Below are positions 58,130 to 64,000 of a stretch of DNA of 64,000 bases, in pieces; within the stretch, counting starts at the first letter, position 1; each line of letters starts with the position of its first letter. This stretch comes from Lingula anatina (lineage: Eukaryota > Animalia > Brachiopoda). The notes under the pieces are model-generated. The model ran no database searches and had not been told where the DNA came from. It saw only the letters and a program-made list of their open reading frames with translations. The stretch spans positions 63,900,788 to 63,964,787 of the forward strand of contig CM120640.1 in NCBI GenBank assembly GCA_051362555.1. Direction: 5' to 3'. The translations under genes and the position numbers were made by a program.

Positions 58130-61100
58130 TTAATATGGAGCTTTTGGATACACTTGTATATCAACCATGTCTTTAACTGGACTATCCCCATATTCAGGAG
58201 ACTCGTCCATCAAGACTGTATGCTTGCGATGAGGCTTCCTGAGCCACTTTTCCACATTTCCAGCCTCGTCATATATTGGGATCCTTTTTCTGATACTTTC
58301 ATTGCTTCCAAACAAGTCCCGGTGAGCATAAAATTCAATCCCACTTGGTATTACCCATCGCTTGTTAGGGTTCCTGTAAACTGGCTTGCCATAGTAGGTA
58401 CCCACTGTCCAACCTGGCACGTCTTTCATTAATTCAGCCTCTTCCTCTCTGTTTTTCACCAGTTGCTTCAAAATCCTGCAAGCCAATTTAAAGGTACATA
58501 TGAATCAAGCAACAGTGAGACACGGATTCCCAGTAACACATATAAACCACTTCTATTAGTTTCTTATACGGCTCAAATAAAGTCGATATGCCAAGGGGAA
58601 AACCAAATTAAACCCTAGATCAGCCATAAAAAGAGTTTTAAACTGCACCTTTAAAGTTTTGGTCATGAACTTTACCTACTGATCTGACCTACTTATCTTC
58701 CCCATTTATATATATACATCATAGAAAACAAGCAGAAAAATCTGTTCAAATTTTTCAAGTAATATAAAACGATGTCTTTTGGTATTTCTCTAAGTTATGC
58801 TATTTAAAACTATGTGGTGGCATTTGGTTGAATTTGTAGCAAAAAATTGAGTTCATACGTATCTTTAAGGGTAAGGTAAGTATCACACATAAATAAAAAT
58901 ATCAAAGTTTGAAATGAAGTGAGCAGATTTCCAGTAATGGATATACTAGTAAATCACTACTTCCAGTATCTCACACAACTCAAACTAGAGGATCAGAGAG
59001 GCGATACCGCCTCCGGATATTGTACCACCAGCTGGAGTAAGCGCATTCATATGGAAAACCCCCCAAAAAAAGGGACACCAACACCAGTCTTGCGCTTGAT
59101 AAGCTCTATAAAATACAATCAAAAAGAGCTCTCAAAATATGCAAAAAATTTTAACTAAAAATGGTACAATCAAGCAGATTTTCGAATTGACCTGTATTTT
59201 CCTAACATTATTCAATCCTGTGATTCTCTAGACAATAGGCCTATTGGTTTTCCTTGAAATGTTGCATATATGCTGACAATAGAAAAAACCTAGAGGCAAC
59301 ACTGGGCATATCTCTACTAGTTTTGAAGATATGAGGGGCAAGAAAATATGCAAAGCTCAGTTCATGGTGAAAAAGTAGGTCAAAGGTCAATTTCAATGTC
59401 ACAGTATATGACTTTCTATTCAAGTTCAATAATAACCATGGGCATTTCTTTGCCAATTTTGGAGATTTAAAGGCAGAAAACATATAAAAATCAGTTCATC
59501 ATAAAAAGTAGGTCAAAGGTCAATTTCAAGGTCAAGGTTAGATAGCCAGCATATGACTTCCTATTCATGTGAAATAGTAACTATGGGCATATCTCTACCA
59601 GTATTGAAATTATATGCATTAAAAAAGTTGCAAAGTTCAGTTTATGGCGAAAAGTAGGTCAAAGGTCAATTTTAAGGTCACAGTTAGATTGCCAGTATAT
59701 GACTTTCTATTCATGTTCAATAGTAACTATGGGTGTATCTTTACCAGTTTTGGAGATATAAGGGACTTAAATGTTGCAAAGGTCAGTTCATAGTTAAAAG
59801 TAGGTCAAAGGTCAATTTCAAGGTCGCAGTTAAATTCCCAGCATATGACTTCCTATTCAACTTCAATAGTAACTATGGGCCTATCTCTGCCAGTTTTGGA
59901 GATATAAGAGACTAAATGTTACAATTTTGGAGTTACAATAATGTGCCATAAATTTCCTACAGAAGAAATTAATTGAAATAAAGAAAAGGTCATTTTGGTT
60001 GAAATTCTTGAAATGGGAGGTGCTCAGAAGTTCCAGATGTTCAAATTTCATGAAATAATGTCATTTTTGACCAGAAGTTGTCTGCCTCGCCAACCCTTAT
60101 GTTTTATTTTCCAGAAGTTCAAAATTTATAATACGTTACTGTATTGCACATTTTGCTTTCACCACCACAATGTACTTTTTGATACAGCATAACTCGTAAA
60201 CCGTATGGAAATAAAAAAAAGAGACCACTTTCAGTGTTGGGCTTGACATGCTCTACAAAATGCAAAAAAGAACAGGTCTCTAGCACCAACGGTTCCCGAG
60301 TTAGAGACAGTTTTCAGTTTCGGTAACTTATGCCGCTACTCCAGTGAAAATGCACTGATTGACCCCAACTCACGGAGATGAAAGATGACCTGAAGGGTAA
60401 CACCTGCCAATAATATTATAGGCTAGGTCTGAGTAGTTTCTGAATATTAGCGCAAATAAATTTTTTTCGTAAAAAAATTTAGTTTTTTTGAAATTTTTGG
60501 CCCATTTGACCTTGAAAAAAAGGTCAAAGGTCAAATCCAAGGGCATATTTGAAATCTACACAGGAGGCTTTCAGATAGCCGTCTGTAGAAATTTTTCCCA
60601 TAATTCATTTGGTATGGTAGATAATTAGCATTTAATTTTGCCAATTTTGGACAAGGGTGCATTGCAATGAGCGCCACACCTAGACCCCTAAACCGATGAA
60701 GCCCAAATTTTACGTGGAGCGAGTTGAGATTATAGGTGACCTAAATCCAAGAGATGGGTACGCAGGCCCTTGTAGTCTAGGAGGAGAAGCGGTAACGGTA
60801 ACATGGCGTTAAAGTCTGCCAAACGATGTAGTAATGCTGCCTGCACAATAGCATTAATTCCCATAATTTAAATTTGGTTTGGGGAAAACGACCGAGGGGA
60901 ATATTTATAACACAGAAAGAGAGCAGACAATATCTGTTGAAATATCATAATTAGGGAAACATGAAACAATACCGTTTGGTATTTCTTTAACTCATATTTG
61001 AAACTATATAGTGGCATTTGGTGAAGTTAAATGGCAAAGATTTGACATGAGACGACTTGAGATGTAGTATTAAAGAACATCAAACCATATCTAGCAGATA

Positions 61101-63630
61101 CAGATGACATGAACTGACCATACAACATTGGTCAAAAAGGTTGTCCCACCTTCAGTATCCTGTGCTTTTATTTATAAATGATCACATCACAGGTGAAGAT
61201 TGTTATAAATAGTGATTTTCATTACAGATACCATAAGTAACATGATCAGTGATACAGAAAATACAAACTATCGGTGAAGATATCAATATTTAATACTATT
61301 TATTCACATTTATTACATGTACCCCCTCACATCCGACGTTTCACTGTGATTTTCACAGAAGTAAAGAAATGTCCATTAAATTGAAATGACACCACCAAAT
61401 GTCACCAAATTTACACACATTTAGCATTAGGCTGTGCTCGTTAATGGCTCCTTGTCTAATAGGGTTTGTGTTTACCACGTACTGTAATTACTTCCTGTAG
61501 GTGGCGCGGCCTGCCTTCAACAGGGGTAACAATTCTGTTTTATGGGATATTGTTCCATTCTTCCTAAAGAGCTTGGGGGAGTTGGTCCAGATTACTAGGA
61601 ATTCGGTCCTCCTTTCCATTCCACACTTCAATTCATGCCACAGATGTTTAGTAAGGTTAATAACATGGCTCAAAGGTGGTTGCTCTATCCTCTGAACATT
61701 GGGTTTCTGCAACAAATCACTCAGCAGACGAGAGTAGTGAGCATGTGGAATTCCACAATGACGCCTGCAGTATCCCTGAAGTCACCTTTTGCAAATGGAG
61801 TTAGATATTTGTTGAGAACGTTTCAGTGAATTGCCCCAATAACGTTCTTTTCCGGAAAGAACAATGCACTAAAACCATCATGACAGCACACTTGCAAACA
61901 GTTCTCATGTGGTGAGTGATTTGTTCTGAGACCGGAGAAACCATATTTGAATCCTGATAATAAACCTACTGAGAACCCGTGGCGTGAATTAAAGTGTGCG
62001 ATCCAGAGGAGAACCAAACCCCAACTAGTCCTGACCAATTCCGCTAAGCTTTTTAGGAAACACGGGGCAAAATCCTACAAAACAGAATTGTTACCCCTGT
62101 TGAAGGCGGTGGCGCCGTCTACAGGAGATAATTACAGTCCGCGGTAGCCCCACACACTAATAGACACATGACCTTTAACGGGCACACCCTAATGCTAAAT
62201 GTCTGTAAATTTGGTGACTTTTGGTGGTGTCTTTTCAATTTAATGGGCATTTCTTTACCTCTATAGAAATGACACTGGAACATCGGACGTGAGAGGGTAC
62301 ATGTAATCAATGTGAATAAGTGGTATTAAATATAGATATCTTAACCGCTACTTAGTATTTTCTGTACCAATAATCATGTTAGTTATGGTATAATGAAAAT
62401 CACCATTCATAGCAATTAGCACCTGTGATGTGATCATTTATAAATAAAAGCACATGAAACGGGGGGTGGGACAACCTTTTTGACCAATGTTGTATGACCT
62501 TGTGATTAGTGTCTGCCTCCGAAAAGGGAGGGCATGGGGGTTACCCCGTCCGGGGACATAGCATAGTCTTTATAAATGGTACCTGCTGGGCACTCAGCAG
62601 ATAAGGGTTGAAGCAGGGTCCCTGGTCAGACAGAGAACAATATTGTAAACTTGCTAGTACTTAGTACCTCATATGGCAGTGGGGTTGCATCCTCTCCAGG
62701 GAGGCGAGATTATCAACACAGATTGTAATGACCAGGCGTCTTAGAGAGCATTCACATCGAGAAGAGCCGTGGTCTAGCAAGGCCGAGACCTAAATATGGC
62801 GGACCTACATGAAAGGAAGACTGCCTAATCCTTCAATGGTCTCTCAATGACATTCATTGATCGCCTAATCCTTTCATGGTCTCTCAATGACATTCATTGA
62901 GAGACCATTAAAGGATTACGTGGTGTTCCTTTAATGTAGGTCCGCCATATTTAGGTCTCGGCCTTGCTAGACCTCAGCGCTTCTCGATGTGAATGCTCTC
63001 TTACTGTAATGAACATAATTGTCCTTACTGCTAAGTCTACAGAACAGATTTAGAATTTATACTTAAATAAATATATTATTATTATTACATACAATGATGT
63101 GGTCCATCCAAATGACTACATCTCTTTAAGGAACATAACCTAACATTTATACTGAACTAATCTAAGTGAAACCTGGTCACTTACATTCTATCTTTCTCTG
63201 CTGTTAAGAAAGGCTCCAAGGCGGCTATCATATCCATAGCGTGTACTTGCCCCATACTGAAAACAATTGACTGAGCATTTCAATGGTTCATATTACAGTG
63301 CATATAGTACACAACCTGTCTTGATGCATGATCATATCCCTCCAGAATTACACTATATGACAGCTCTATATTGAACAGTTTGGGTCTCAGAGTTAAGATT
63401 TATTGTCTGAACATAGTGTAATAACTACTTTCTCTCATTTCACTATAATGTACCAGATTGATTTGACAACCTACCCACAAAGTACATATATAAAATATTA
63501 CTAGAACAAAATTTAAGAAAATAAAGAGCTTCTAAAAATCTCAAGACTTACTTCTCAGCTGCAAAATTACGTAAGTGAAAATATATAGCACCTCCCATAA
63601 CAGCTGTACCAAATGCAAACCAACGATACC
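58130..63630 (-). CDS. NDUFA13: NADH dehydrogenase 1 alpha subcomplex subunit 13 (GRIM-19); first exon beyond the window
   Basis: Exons 63552-63630, 63185-63256, 58130-58475 join in phase: GYRWFAFGTAVMGG..., ALEPFLTAEKDR.ILKQL.KNREEEAELMKDVPGWTVGTYYGKPVY. Confidence 0.9.
58985..60868 (-). mobile_element. Helentron/Helitron-like non-autonomous element carrying a tandem repeat
   Basis: The minus-strand 3' end is a GAGGCG-4nt-CGCCTC hairpin followed by CTAG|TTT. Imperfect subterminal inverted pair TATTGTACCACCAGC (59018) / GCTGCCTGCACAATA (60836). No TSD seen. The right boundary is approximate. Confidence 0.65.
59300..59915 (+). repeat. 146-bp tandem repeat, about 4 units, each with AAAAGTAGGTCAAAGGTCA
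   Basis: AGGTCAAAGGTCA starts at 59377, 59510, 59656 and 59802 (spacing 133, 146, 146). Confidence 0.92.
61123..62492. mobile_element. Fold-back Tc1/mariner derivative with inverted arms of about 500 bp
   Basis: TA TSD; termini CAACATTGGTCAAAAAGGTTGTCCCACC. Degenerate DD34E C-terminal motif on both strands (plus: LNP...ENPWRELK; minus: INLTKHLWHELK). Confidence 0.88.
62495..63088 (+). mobile_element. Probable tRNA-derived SINE remnant interrupted by a MITE
   Basis: Degenerate A-box-like head (TGACCTTGTGATTAG), TAAATGGTACCTGCTG..GCACTCAGCA core-like segment, and an (ATT)n tail near 63075. Family assignment is inference. Confidence 0.45.
62744..63000. mobile_element. Palindromic PIF/Harbinger-type MITE
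   Basis: TTA TSD; GAGAGCATTCACATCGAGAAG ... CTTCTCGATGTGAATGCTCTC; internal 40-bp duplication near the centre. Confidence 0.88.
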
Positions 63631-64000
63631 CTGTTAAAAAAGAAACACATTTCATATATTCACTTACTGCTGAAAATTATACTAATACTATTATTGGTGA
63701 CATTTGTATTCTCTTTAATGCAAAGGTATGCTATCATAATTCATAATTAAAGAATAAAGATATAATTTTTGCATTTGAAAATGTCCCAAACTTGCCAGTC
63801 ATACCATGTAACATTCTTACAGCCCATCATTATATCCACCTAAAGGAACCAGTTTAGATATTGAAAAAAATTGCACTTTTTTTAGGTGGGGGTGGAGGAA
63901 CTGTGCAAGTGGAAATTAGCTGGGGGACAGTTGAAACTCAGCAGTAAGCCTGAGTGGACAGGTGTCCTGAAAAATAAGCGTTAAGCCCTGCAGCAGTGTA

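Noticed and set aside
62495-62560. Possible tRNA gene
   Set aside because: Only a degenerate A-box-like head; no cloverleaf or intact B box.
63780-63970. Possible further NDUFA13 exon (acceptor-like TTTTTCAG; PLGGY string)
   Set aside because: All three frames after the acceptor hit stops and no QDMPP motif is present; exon 1 is probably outside the window.

Overview
AT-rich eukaryotic (animal) DNA with GT-AG introns. The gene content, transposon types and patchy CpG depletion suggest a marine invertebrate, probably a lophotrochozoan; this is inference. Ten spliced genes can be assembled by hand: an ammonium transporter (Amt, runs off the left edge); ZnT7/SLC30A7 head-to-head with mitochondrial NAD kinase NADK2; a divergently oriented pair of DEG/ENaC channel paralogs; two tandem ENPP4/5-like phosphodiesterases; the ER SNARE USE1 head-to-head with a TEX45/SAXO5-like ciliary gene; and NDUFA13 (first exon beyond the right edge). 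Introns and spacers hold many non-autonomous transposons: Harbinger-type and Kolobok-type MITEs, a young P-like element nested in a MITE, a fold-back Tc1 derivative, a Helentron-like element, and Penelope and BEL/Pao remnants. The most notable observations are: (1) both DEG/ENaC paralogs lack the canonical HG gating motif (LG instead) and the GxS filter (GST instead), and show patchwork gene conversion; (2) a 146-bp tandem repeat carries perfect nuclear-receptor DR1 sites; (3) a duplicated splice acceptor in NADK2 would create a premature stop; (4) NDUFA13 has a C-terminal extension; (5) the ENPP duplicates differ next to the catalytic threonine. No rRNA, tRNA or CRISPR array was found. All gene names rest on recalled family motifs, not on database searches.
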